In this document: positions 56,994-64,000 of the stretch, piece by piece
How the letters are laid out: every line of letters begins with the position of its first letter
How positions within the stretch are numbered: the first letter of the stretch is position 1
NCBI GenBank assembly: GCA_965223545.1
Contig: OZ245006.1
Span: 2,624,001-2,688,000 of the forward strand
DNA: 64,000 nt
Reading direction: 5' to 3'
Source: Planctomycetota bacterium
Lineage (GTDB): Bacteria > Planctomycetota > UBA1135 > UBA2386
Notes under the pieces: generated by a model
Seen by the model: the letters and a program-made list of their open reading frames with translations, nothing else
What the model was told of the DNA's origin: nothing
The model's database searches: none
Translations under genes and position numbers: made by a program

Positions 56994-59012
56994 TCAGACT
57001 CCGAAGCGGCGGGGGGGCGAGACCGCGTCGATGCCGCTTGGGCCGAGGATGACGAAGGCGGCGTGGACCGTGTGGCCACGCCAAGCGGTCCCCGTGGGCA
57101 CGATGATCTCGGCCGTGATGACCCCCGAGGCGTCGACCACACCGCGCGCGCCGGTGACGCATGCCGGTAGCGCATCGGTCGCGGTCGCCTGCAAGAGTGC
57201 GTCGGCGTCGAGTGGTAGCTGCACGCCGCGCCATGTCGTCGGACCGCTGCCGTTCGACAACAGGAGCCGATAGCTGCGCCCGGTCCATTGCGGCGCATTC
57301 CACGACAGCCGCACCCGGACACCGTCGATCTCAACCCCCTCGGAGCGGGCGACGAGGTTCAGAGGCGGCCGCCTCTCGAGCTGCAAGTGGCCGAAGGCCC
57401 GCTGCACCCACTCCGCGTCCGGCGACTCGAACGGCATCCACAGTCCGTCCCCGACGCGCACCGCGTACTCGGCCCGCTCGAGAGCCTGCGCTTGTGTGCT
57501 CGCCGCCGGCCGTGGCTCGAAGTTGACACCGCGCTCCGCCAAGTAGCCGGGCGGCGGGCGCCGATCGTGCGCGATCTTGCGGCCCGCATTGGGCGTCGAG
57601 ACCGGTGTGTGTGCGATCACTGCATCGCACAACCCCAGTCGGTCGACCACCGTGAGGTCCGGCAAGTAGAACGGCATCACGCCCACGGCGTACGCCGCTG
57701 CCACCGCGTCGCTTGGCAATGATCCGCGCGGCATCCGCTCGTATGGCGACCAATCGCGCACGCGCGCACGGCCGAACACGGCGTGCTCGCGCACGGTCTG
57801 CCCCACCAAGTGAGGCAGGTTCGCCCGCCGTGCGCGGTTGGAGATCGAAGCGGCGCGCGAGACCCCGGGCAACCACCGCAGCCACGGGCTGCGCTCCGGA
57901 TCGTGCTCGACGAACAGGTACGACGTCTCCGCCCGCGACTGCAAGTCGCGCACGCGCCACACCGCAGTGTCCTGCAGCACGGCGACGTAGCCGACGAGCA
58001 CCACTCCCAAGCCGATCGCCGGCAGCGGACGCCCCCTGCTGATCGCGATCACTCCGTCCGCAGCCGCCACCGCCAACAAGGGCCAGTAGAAGTCGAAGAA
58101 CCGGTACTCGAAGTAGTCACCGCCGATCCACACGACGTACGCGGCATGCGCAGCGACGCTCGCCAGCCCCATTCGGTGCAAGACTCCGCGGCGCTCACCG
58201 CGGCGCGCGACCGCGCCGACCAGCGCGAGCGGCAGCTGCAGGTACAGCGCGGTCTCACAGATCGCGGCGAGCAAGAACGGCCCCCCCGCCTCCGGCCACG
58301 GCCGCACGTGCTTGGCGTAGTACGTGTTGGGCAACCACTCGCCGTAGTACAGCCAGCGAAACGCGAGCTGCGCGCCCGCCAGCGCCAACCACGGTCCCAT
58401 CACGACCAGCCAGCCGCGCATCGAGACCGTGCGCGGGCCCAACGCCCAGCGCACCCCCAGCGCGACGCCGCCGATCAGCGCGGCCTCCGGCCGGGTCAGC
58501 GTCGCCGCCCCCAACAAGCCGCCCACCGCCAACCGCGCCCGCCAACCGGAGGCGTCGCTCAGCAACCAGAGCGCGGCGAACACCAGCAGCGAGAACTGCC
58601 GGGTCTCGAGCCCACCCGTCGACCACGCCGCGAACGACGCGCTGACGCAGAGCACTCCCGTCGCGATCCACGGCGCCACTCGACCGCCGGCGCGCGCCAC
58701 TCGCCACACCAACACCAGAGTGAGCAGGGTGCAGCCGACCGACATCACCGGCGCCGCCAGCTCGGGCCGCATCCCCAGCCACGCCCACGCCGCCGCCAGC
58801 TGCAACACCCACAAGAGCTGGGTGTAGCCCTCGACGCGCTCGCCGGCGTTGAAGCACAGCCCCTCGCCCTCGATCAAATTGCGCGCGTAGCGAAAACAGA
58901 TGAACGCGTCGTCGCAGAGAAACCACGTCTCGACCACCAACAGCGCGAGCACCGCCGCCCATGGCGCGTAGGCCAAGAGCGCGGCGGCTGGCCGCCACCG
59001 ATCAGTGGTCAC
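56994..59012 (-). CDS. GT-C membrane glycosyltransferase (AftB-like) with C-terminal extension
   Basis: [39 protein letters not shown]...RF, D.LGL.D. Confidence 0.8.
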   Translation of the reverse strand: MTTDRWRPAAALLAYAPWAAVLALLVVETWFLCDDAFICFRYARNLIEGEGLCFNAGERVEGYTQLLWVLQLAAAWAWLGMRPELAAPVMSVGCTLLTLVLVWRVARAGGRVAPWIATGVLCVSASFAAWSTGGLETRQFSLLVFAALWLLSDASGWRARLAVGGLLGAATLTRPEAALIGGVALGVRWALGPRTVSMRGWLVVMGPWLALAGAQLAFRWLYYGEWLPNTYYAKHVRPWPEAGGPFLLAAICETALYLQLPLALVGAVARRGERRGVLHRMGLASVAAHAAYVVWIGGDYFEYRFFDFYWPLLAVAAADGVIAISRGRPLPAIGLGVVLVGYVAVLQDTAVWRVRDLQSRAETSYLFVEHDPERSPWLRWLPGVSRAASISNRARRANLPHLVGQTVREHAVFGRARVRDWSPYERMPRGSLPSDAVAAAYAVGVMPFYLPDLTVVDRLGLCDAVIAHTPVSTPNAGRKIAHDRRPPPGYLAERGVNFEPRPAASTQAQALERAEYAVRVGDGLWMPFESPDAEWVQRAFGHLQLERRPPLNLVARSEGVEIDGVRVRLSWNAPQWTGRSYRLLLSNGSGPTTWRGVQLPLDADALLQATATDALPACVTGARGVVDASGVITAEIIVPTGTAWRGHTVHAAFVILGPSGIDAVSPPRRFGV

Positions 59013-60399
59013 GCCAACGCCCGGAGAACTCCGGCGCGAACCAGTCGCGCGGATAGCGCAACACCTCGAACAAGCTGGCCACCAGCTCGCCCTGCGCGCC
59101 GGCGCGATGGGGATTGTGGTACTCCCACACGATGTCGCCCAGCATCGTCACCTCGAACGCCCGCCCCGTCACCGACTCGGTGATCAGCGTGTTGCCGTTG
59201 GCCAGCCGCTGGCAGGCACCGAGGATCGCCGAATAGAACGGCGCCAGCTCATCCCCCGAGTACTGCCACCGCACCGCGTAGCTGTGTGGATCGATTTCGA
59301 TCACCCTCGACTGCGGTCCCTGGCCCCGGTTCTCGCCCTGGTTGTCGAACACCAGAACTCCACCCCCCGCCACCAACCGCGGGTGGTGCTGATAGCGCCA
59401 CGGCCCCGCCATCGCCCACTCGACGACCGCTCGCTCCAGGTCGACCACCGCGATCGCGTGGATGGTCGGCACCGAGACCAGGACGTTGCCGCGCGCAAAC
59501 GCCGGATGGTCGCCCTCCATGCTTCCGTCCAGCCACTCCACCGAGTTGGAGTGGAAGATGTCGCCAAACTTGGGCACGCGCAGCAGCCAGTCGGCATAGC
59601 GCGAGTTCGCGAAGCACTCGAGCAGCGAGACCGACCGGAGGAGCTCGCCGTCCGGCGACAGGACGCTGACCGAGTCCTCGAGGTAGCTGGACAGCAGATG
59701 CGCGGGTGGCCCCGCGCGCGCTTCGTCGAGCAACCGCACATCGCGAGTCAACGTGTAGATGCGCCCTTCGTCGTCGAGCACGAGATCGTGGTGCGGCCGG
59801 CACCGCGGATCGCGGAACGCCCACACCAAGCGCGAGTCCGCGTCGACCTTGATCATGCCGATGCCTTCGAAGATGGCCAGCAGGTCACCGTTGGGGTACG
59901 GCAGCACGCGGCGCCAAAACGTCTGGTGCACCGGCGGCTCCAGCAGCGCGTGCTCGTCGCCGGGCCAAACCTCGGCGCAGCCGAGCGCCCACCGGTGCAG
60001 CACGGTGCCGCGCAGATCCTGCAGCTCGGCCGCCGGCTCGTGCCCCGACAGCACGAGGTTGACGCCGGCCTGCGCCGCGTCGGCATCGAGGTGCGTCACC
60101 CAAGCCGCGCCGGTGCCCGCCGAGTGTCCCTGCAAGTAGGGCAGGTTGGCGAGCTCCTCCACCGACGGCGCACCGTCCCCCGGCCCGGCTGCAGCCCGGT
60201 GCCAGAAGCCGCGCTCGGGCTTGGCCCGAGCGGCGCCCGTCCTCGCCGGAGCCGGCGAGATCGCCGCATCGCCGCCGGGCTCGGCCTCCGCGCCGAGCCC
60301 GGCCGCTCCCTGTGCGGGCCACCAGCCGCCGACGGCGCCCGCCCAACCCGCCAGCAGTCCGCCGCCGAACGCAAGGGCGAGGAGAACGCAGAGGCGCAT
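59002..60399 (-). CDS. Arylsulfotransferase (ASST) family protein
   Basis: [25 protein letters not shown]. Confidence 0.85.
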   Translation of the reverse strand: MRLCVLLALAFGGGLLAGWAGAVGGWWPAQGAAGLGAEAEPGGDAAISPAPARTGAARAKPERGFWHRAAAGPGDGAPSVEELANLPYLQGHSAGTGAAWVTHLDADAAQAGVNLVLSGHEPAAELQDLRGTVLHRWALGCAEVWPGDEHALLEPPVHQTFWRRVLPYPNGDLLAIFEGIGMIKVDADSRLVWAFRDPRCRPHHDLVLDDEGRIYTLTRDVRLLDEARAGPPAHLLSSYLEDSVSVLSPDGELLRSVSLLECFANSRYADWLLRVPKFGDIFHSNSVEWLDGSMEGDHPAFARGNVLVSVPTIHAIAVVDLERAVVEWAMAGPWRYQHHPRLVAGGGVLVFDNQGENRGQGPQSRVIEIDPHSYAVRWQYSGDELAPFYSAILGACQRLANGNTLITESVTGRAFEVTMLGDIVWEYHNPHRAGAQGELVASLFEVLRYPRDWFAPEFSGRWRDH

Positions 60400-60456
60400 G
60401 ATGGCAGAGGATACGTCACCGCGGCGCCGGGGCGATCACCACGCGCGCCGAGCGGG

Positions 60457-60499
60457 TTGCAGTTTTTAATCGATCGATTCAAAATGAATCGATCGGTTC
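60457..60499 (+). promoter_or_regulatory. Sigma70-like promoter with two palindromic operators upstream of the BlaI-family gene
   Basis: TTGCAG-N17-CAAAAT (60457-60485); AATCGATCGATT (60468-60479) and GAATCGATCGGTTC (60486-60499). Confidence 0.7.
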
Positions 60500-60524
60500 G
60501 TCGATCTGACACCCAGAGACCCTG

Positions 60525-60950
60525 ATGGCCACTGCCCGACCCGCACTGTCCCCCGCCGAATGGAAGGTGATGCAGATCGTCTGGCGCCTCTCCAGCGGCG
60601 CCGCGCGCGACATCTACCAGGTCGCCGAGGACGAGCACGGCATGGCGCCGAGCTCGGTCAAGACCCTGCTGCGCCGGCTGGCTGACAAGGGGCACCTGAA
60701 GACCAAACGGGTGGGCAACTGCTTCGTCTACCGGCCAACGCGATCTCGGCTCAGCATGCTGTGCGCCGCCGCCGACCGCTTGCTCGAGCACGCGCGCGGT
60801 GAGGGTGCCGGCCGCGTGCTCGCCCACATGATCGAGAACAGTCGGATGTCGTCGGACGAGCTCACCGAGCTGCGCGCGCTGCTCGATCGGCACGCGCCCG
60901 CGGAGACGGACGACGACGACCGCGGCGACGGAGACGGAGACCAGCGATGA
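60525..60950 (+). CDS. BlaI/MecI/CopY transcriptional repressor
   Basis: LSPAEWKVMQIVW, SVKTLLRRL..KG, ELTELRALL. Confidence 0.92.
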   Translation: MATARPALSPAEWKVMQIVWRLSSGAARDIYQVAEDEHGMAPSSVKTLLRRLADKGHLKTKRVGNCFVYRPTRSRLSMLCAAADRLLEHARGEGAGRVLAHMIENSRMSSDELTELRALLDRHAPAETDDDDRGDGDGDQR

Positions 60951-62641
60951 CCCCGGCATGGGAAGCGTGCGCCGCCGACTGGCTGCGCTGGGCCGGCAGC
61001 AGCCTGTTCGAGGGCTCGGTGATCGCCACCGGGATGTTGCTGGCGTGGTGGTTGGTGCGCGGCCGCGCGCCCGCCCGACTGACACACGCGCTGTTCGTCC
61101 TGCTGCTCCTGCGCATCGCGGCCCCGATCTCGCTGCCGATGCCGGCGTGGCTGGTCAGCCTGAACCCGACGCAGTGGGCGGCGGCCTGGCTCGCCGGCAC
61201 GCCGAACGCGGCGTCGGCGGCGGCCGCGCCCGCGTTGCGGAGTGCGTCGACCGCGCTCCTCGACGGGCCCGCGCTCGCGACTCCCTGGTGGCACCCATGG
61301 CTGTTCGGCACGTGGCTCTGCACGGCCGCTCTACTCGCGGTGTGGCGGCTCCGCGCGCGCCTGCACGTGGCCCGCCTGATTCGCCGCGCACGTCCGCTGC
61401 CACCGGCACCGGGGCTCGACCTGGAACCGCTACGCGCCACCATGCGCGTGCGTCGCGCCGTGCGCCTCCTGGTTTCCGACGAGCTGGACACGCCGGCGGC
61501 GGGCGGTCTGCGCCGACCCTACGTAGTGTTGCCGCGCGGCCTGGCCGAATCGCTCACACCCTCGTCGCTGCGCTGGGTCCTGCTGCACGAGCTCGCGCAC
61601 ATCCGCCGCGGTGATCTGTGGACGGCCGCGCTGCAGGACGTGATCGGAACCCTCTTGTTCTTCCATCCCGGCGTCTGGCTCGCCAACCGTTTGATCGACG
61701 AGCAGCGCGAGTTCGCCGCCGACGAAGCCGCTCGGGTGGCGAGCGGTCTGTCGCGGCGCGCCTGCGGGTCCGGGTTCTTGTCCGTCGTCGAGTGGGCCCG
61801 CGCGCACCAGAAGGACGCGCGCCCGGTGCTCGCCATGTTCCGCCACCAACGCGTCATCAGGAGAAGACTCATGCGACTGCTACAAGACCGCCCACCGAAG
61901 ACCAGATCGACCCTCGCCGGCTTCGTGTTCGCCGGACTCGGCGCCCTGCTGTTGATGCCGAGCGCGCACGCCGGCCAGCAGGACCCCGAGGGCAACCGAC
62001 TCGAGCAGCTCGAGGCCAAGATCCGCCAGCTCGAGGCCGAGCAGCGCGAGCTGCGCAGTCAGCTGCGCGCGCTGAAACAGGAAGCGCCGCCGTCGGTGAA
62101 GAGCATTGAGCGGCGCAGAACGAGCGCACCGACCCCCAGGGTGTTGCGCACGGCCGAGATCGTCGGCACCGAGCTGCCGGTCGAAGAGGAGTTCCCCGTC
62201 GAGGTGATCGAGATCGGCCCGGAGTCCTTCGAAGTCTTCGAGACCGAGCCGATTGTCGTCGAAGAGGCTTTCGAGGTTGTCGAGATCGAGCCCATCGCCA
62301 TCGAGGAGGCGTTCGAGGTCTTCGAGGTCGAGCCCATTGCCACCGAAGAGGCGTTCGAGGTCTTCGAGGTCGAGCCCATCGTCGTCGAAGAGGCGCTCGA
62401 GGCCTTCGAGGTCGAGCCCATTGCCATCGAGGAGGCGTTCGAGGTCTTCGAAGTCGAGCCCATCGTCGTCGAAGAGGCCTGGGAGATCGGCGGGGTCGAA
62501 GCAGTCGAAGTGGTCGAACCGGAGATCGAGGTGATCGAGGTCGAACCCGTGGAAACCGAGGCGAGCGGAGTGGAGGTCATCGAGACCGAGCGCGCCGGTC
62601 CGGAGCGCCGGCGTACGCCGGCCAAGCGCCGCCGCCAGTAG
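60947..62641 (+). CDS. M56 (BlaR1-like) metallopeptidase with coiled coil and acidic repeat tail
   Basis: LLHELAHIRRGD, FFHP.VW, RE.AADE; ATGA-coupled to the BlaI gene. Confidence 0.9.
   Translation: MTPAWEACAADWLRWAGSSLFEGSVIATGMLLAWWLVRGRAPARLTHALFVLLLLRIAAPISLPMPAWLVSLNPTQWAAAWLAGTPNAASAAAAPALRSASTALLDGPALATPWWHPWLFGTWLCTAALLAVWRLRARLHVARLIRRARPLPPAPGLDLEPLRATMRVRRAVRLLVSDELDTPAAGGLRRPYVVLPRGLAESLTPSSLRWVLLHELAHIRRGDLWTAALQDVIGTLLFFHPGVWLANRLIDEQREFAADEAARVASGLSRRACGSGFLSVVEWARAHQKDARPVLAMFRHQRVIRRRLMRLLQDRPPKTRSTLAGFVFAGLGALLLMPSAHAGQQDPEGNRLEQLEAKIRQLEAEQRELRSQLRALKQEAPPSVKSIERRRTSAPTPRVLRTAEIVGTELPVEEEFPVEVIEIGPESFEVFETEPIVVEEAFEVVEIEPIAIEEAFEVFEVEPIATEEAFEVFEVEPIVVEEALEAFEVEPIAIEEAFEVFEVEPIVVEEAWEIGGVEAVEVVEPEIEVIEVEPVETEASGVEVIETERAGPERRRTPAKRRRQ
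62222..62473 (+). repeat. Six 42-nt (14-aa) coding tandem repeats
   Basis: Six units of the form EAFEVFEVEPIAIE / EAFEVFEVEPIVVE. Confidence 0.9.
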
Positions 62642-62693
62642 CCGGTTCGGCTCGGCTTGGCGCAGAGAACCGCGCGGATAGCATGCAGGCCCC

Positions 62694-63233
62694 ATGGCCG
62701 TCCGCACCATCCTGCTTCTCGGCGACCCGCGCTTGTACGAGCGTTCCCGACCGGTCGAGCGGCACGAGCTCGATACCCTCGCGCCGATTGCACGCGACTT
62801 GCACGACACCATGCGTGCCTTTCAGCAGGAGCACGGTTGGGGTCGCGCGATCGCCGCGCCGCAGATCGGTGTCGCCTTGCGGATCGTCGCGATGAACGAC
62901 GGCCGCCGACAGCTGACGTTCTTCAACCCCGAGCTCGACCAATACAGCGATGAGCAGCTCGAGCACTGGGAGGACTGCATGAGCTTCCCCGAGCTGTTGG
63001 TGCGCCTGCGCAATCCGCGTCGCTGCCGGCTGCGCTATCGCGATGCGCAGTGGCAACCGCAGACCGTCCACCTCACCGACGACTACGCCGAGCTGTTGCA
63101 GCACGAGGTCGACCACCTCGACGGCGTGCTCTCCGTCCAACGCGCCGTGGACGACCGCTCCATCGCGCTGCGCCGCGCCCGACCGGCCAAGCCGGGCGCG
63201 CTCCGCGGTGAGTTCCGGCCGGCCACGCACTGA
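62694..63233 (+). CDS. def: Peptide deformylase
   Basis: AIAAPQIG, EDCMSFP, QHEVDHLDG. Confidence 0.88.
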   Translation: MAVRTILLLGDPRLYERSRPVERHELDTLAPIARDLHDTMRAFQQEHGWGRAIAAPQIGVALRIVAMNDGRRQLTFFNPELDQYSDEQLEHWEDCMSFPELLVRLRNPRRCRLRYRDAQWQPQTVHLTDDYAELLQHEVDHLDGVLSVQRAVDDRSIALRRARPAKPGALRGEFRPATH

Positions 63234-63250
63234 CGCCTGCGGCGTGCCGC

Positions 63251-63814
63251 TCACACGGGCGCAGCCGCCCGAGCCCGCCACGCCTCGAGCGACAGCGTGT
63301 CCTCGACCTCCCAATCGTAGTACCAAGCTCGCCGCGCACCGTGCACGTCGGTGGCTGCATTGTCGCGCACGTACTCGAGGAACTCGACGAGGCAGCGGCT
63401 CTGCTCCCGCGAGTAGTTGGCGAAGTGGCGCGCGCCGTGCCACCACGGCGCCGCGGAGTCGGACGGCGCGAGGCCCGGCAAGTGCTCGCGCATCCGCCAC
63501 AGAATCGAATCGAGGATCTCGTGCTCCGCATCGTGCACGAGTCCGGCGTGCAGGAACGCCGGCACGTAGTAGTTGAACAGGTGCGGAGGTGTCTGCAGGG
63601 AGAAGCCGATCGCGGCGCAGATGTCGAAGCGCATGCCGCCGAGGTCGTGCGGCTCGACCTCCGTCCACGGGCGATCGGCGAAGCCGGCGTACTCATCCAC
63701 GCCCGACGGGTCGAGGCCGAAGCCAGGCGGGTACGGCGGCACGGGGTCGATCGGAAAGCAGGCGCGCAGTCGGGCGCGCACCGCTTCGCTTCGGGGGGCT
63801 CCGTCAGGGTCCAT
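63251..63814 (-). CDS. Hypothetical protein
   Basis: Aromatic-rich ORF with 'F.YYVPAF' and 'EQ..C..EFL'; ATG 63814 chosen. Confidence 0.55.
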   Translation of the reverse strand: MDPDGAPRSEAVRARLRACFPIDPVPPYPPGFGLDPSGVDEYAGFADRPWTEVEPHDLGGMRFDICAAIGFSLQTPPHLFNYYVPAFLHAGLVHDAEHEILDSILWRMREHLPGLAPSDSAAPWWHGARHFANYSREQSRCLVEFLEYVRDNAATDVHGARRAWYYDWEVEDTLSLEAWRARAAAPV

Positions 63815-63956
63815 GGCTGCTCCGCACATACGGATTCTTACCTGAATCACGCCGGCCGCGCAGAAAGCGCGAGTCGGATGCACCCTGGTGCGGCCTGCGC
63901 GCAGTACCCAAGCAGCCCCAGGTTCCGAACCCGCCCGCTTCTGCGGGCGACGTCTC

Positions 63957-64000
63957 ATGCACGCACGCCATTTCACCGCGGTCCTCGCCGCGCTGGTGCC
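63957..64000 (+). CDS. Possible start of a secreted protein (truncated by the window end)
   Basis: MHARHFTAVLAALV, signal-peptide-like; only 14 codons visible. Confidence 0.3.
   Translation, partial: MHARHFTAVLAALV

Noticed and set aside
62222..62473. CRISPR or non-coding repeat interpretation
   Set aside because: In-frame 42-nt coding repeats with no unique spacers
62694..63233. Non-canonical deformylase motifs (GRAIAAPQ, EDCMS)
   Set aside because: Metal ligands Cys and HExxH are intact; likely an ordinary Def variant
63820..63956. Possible riboswitch or tRNA (GCGCAGAAAGCGC, GGTTCCGAACC, CGCCCGC-TTCT-GCGGGCG hairpin)
   Set aside because: No cloverleaf or aptamer consensus could be matched by eye; an Rfam scan would settle it

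Overview
GC-rich bacterial chromosome segment, most consistent with an uncultured Planctomycetota lineage (inferred from the ECF sigma factor fused to carboxypeptidase-regulatory-like domains, BlaI/M56 pair, ELWxxDGT protein and many large secreted proteins). About 48 plausible CDSs. They include a SAM-I riboswitch-led hom-metX-metB operon, uvrD/pcrA, proS, malQ, def, a ubiB-type kinase, a POT transporter, an HcnABC/opine-oxidase-like triad, a GDPD/CpdA pair, two ECF systems and a sulfotransferase/GT-C pair. No tRNA, rRNA, CRISPR-Cas, transposase or prophage was seen. Main leads: (1) one ~110-aa C-terminal domain shared by five secreted proteins (two of them paralogues) and, more weakly, one membrane protein, a candidate lineage-specific sorting domain, which is split by an inserted domain in the two tandem paralogues; (2) a 1236-aa protein with a voltage-sensor-like S1-S4 module but no recognisable pore, coupled to a GDPD; (3) two REP-like non-coding repeat families, one of them a ~200-nt-period array with conserved blocks and variable hairpin spacers. 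All product calls come from motifs recognised by eye, with no database searches. Many starts were re-chosen relative to the ORF track.
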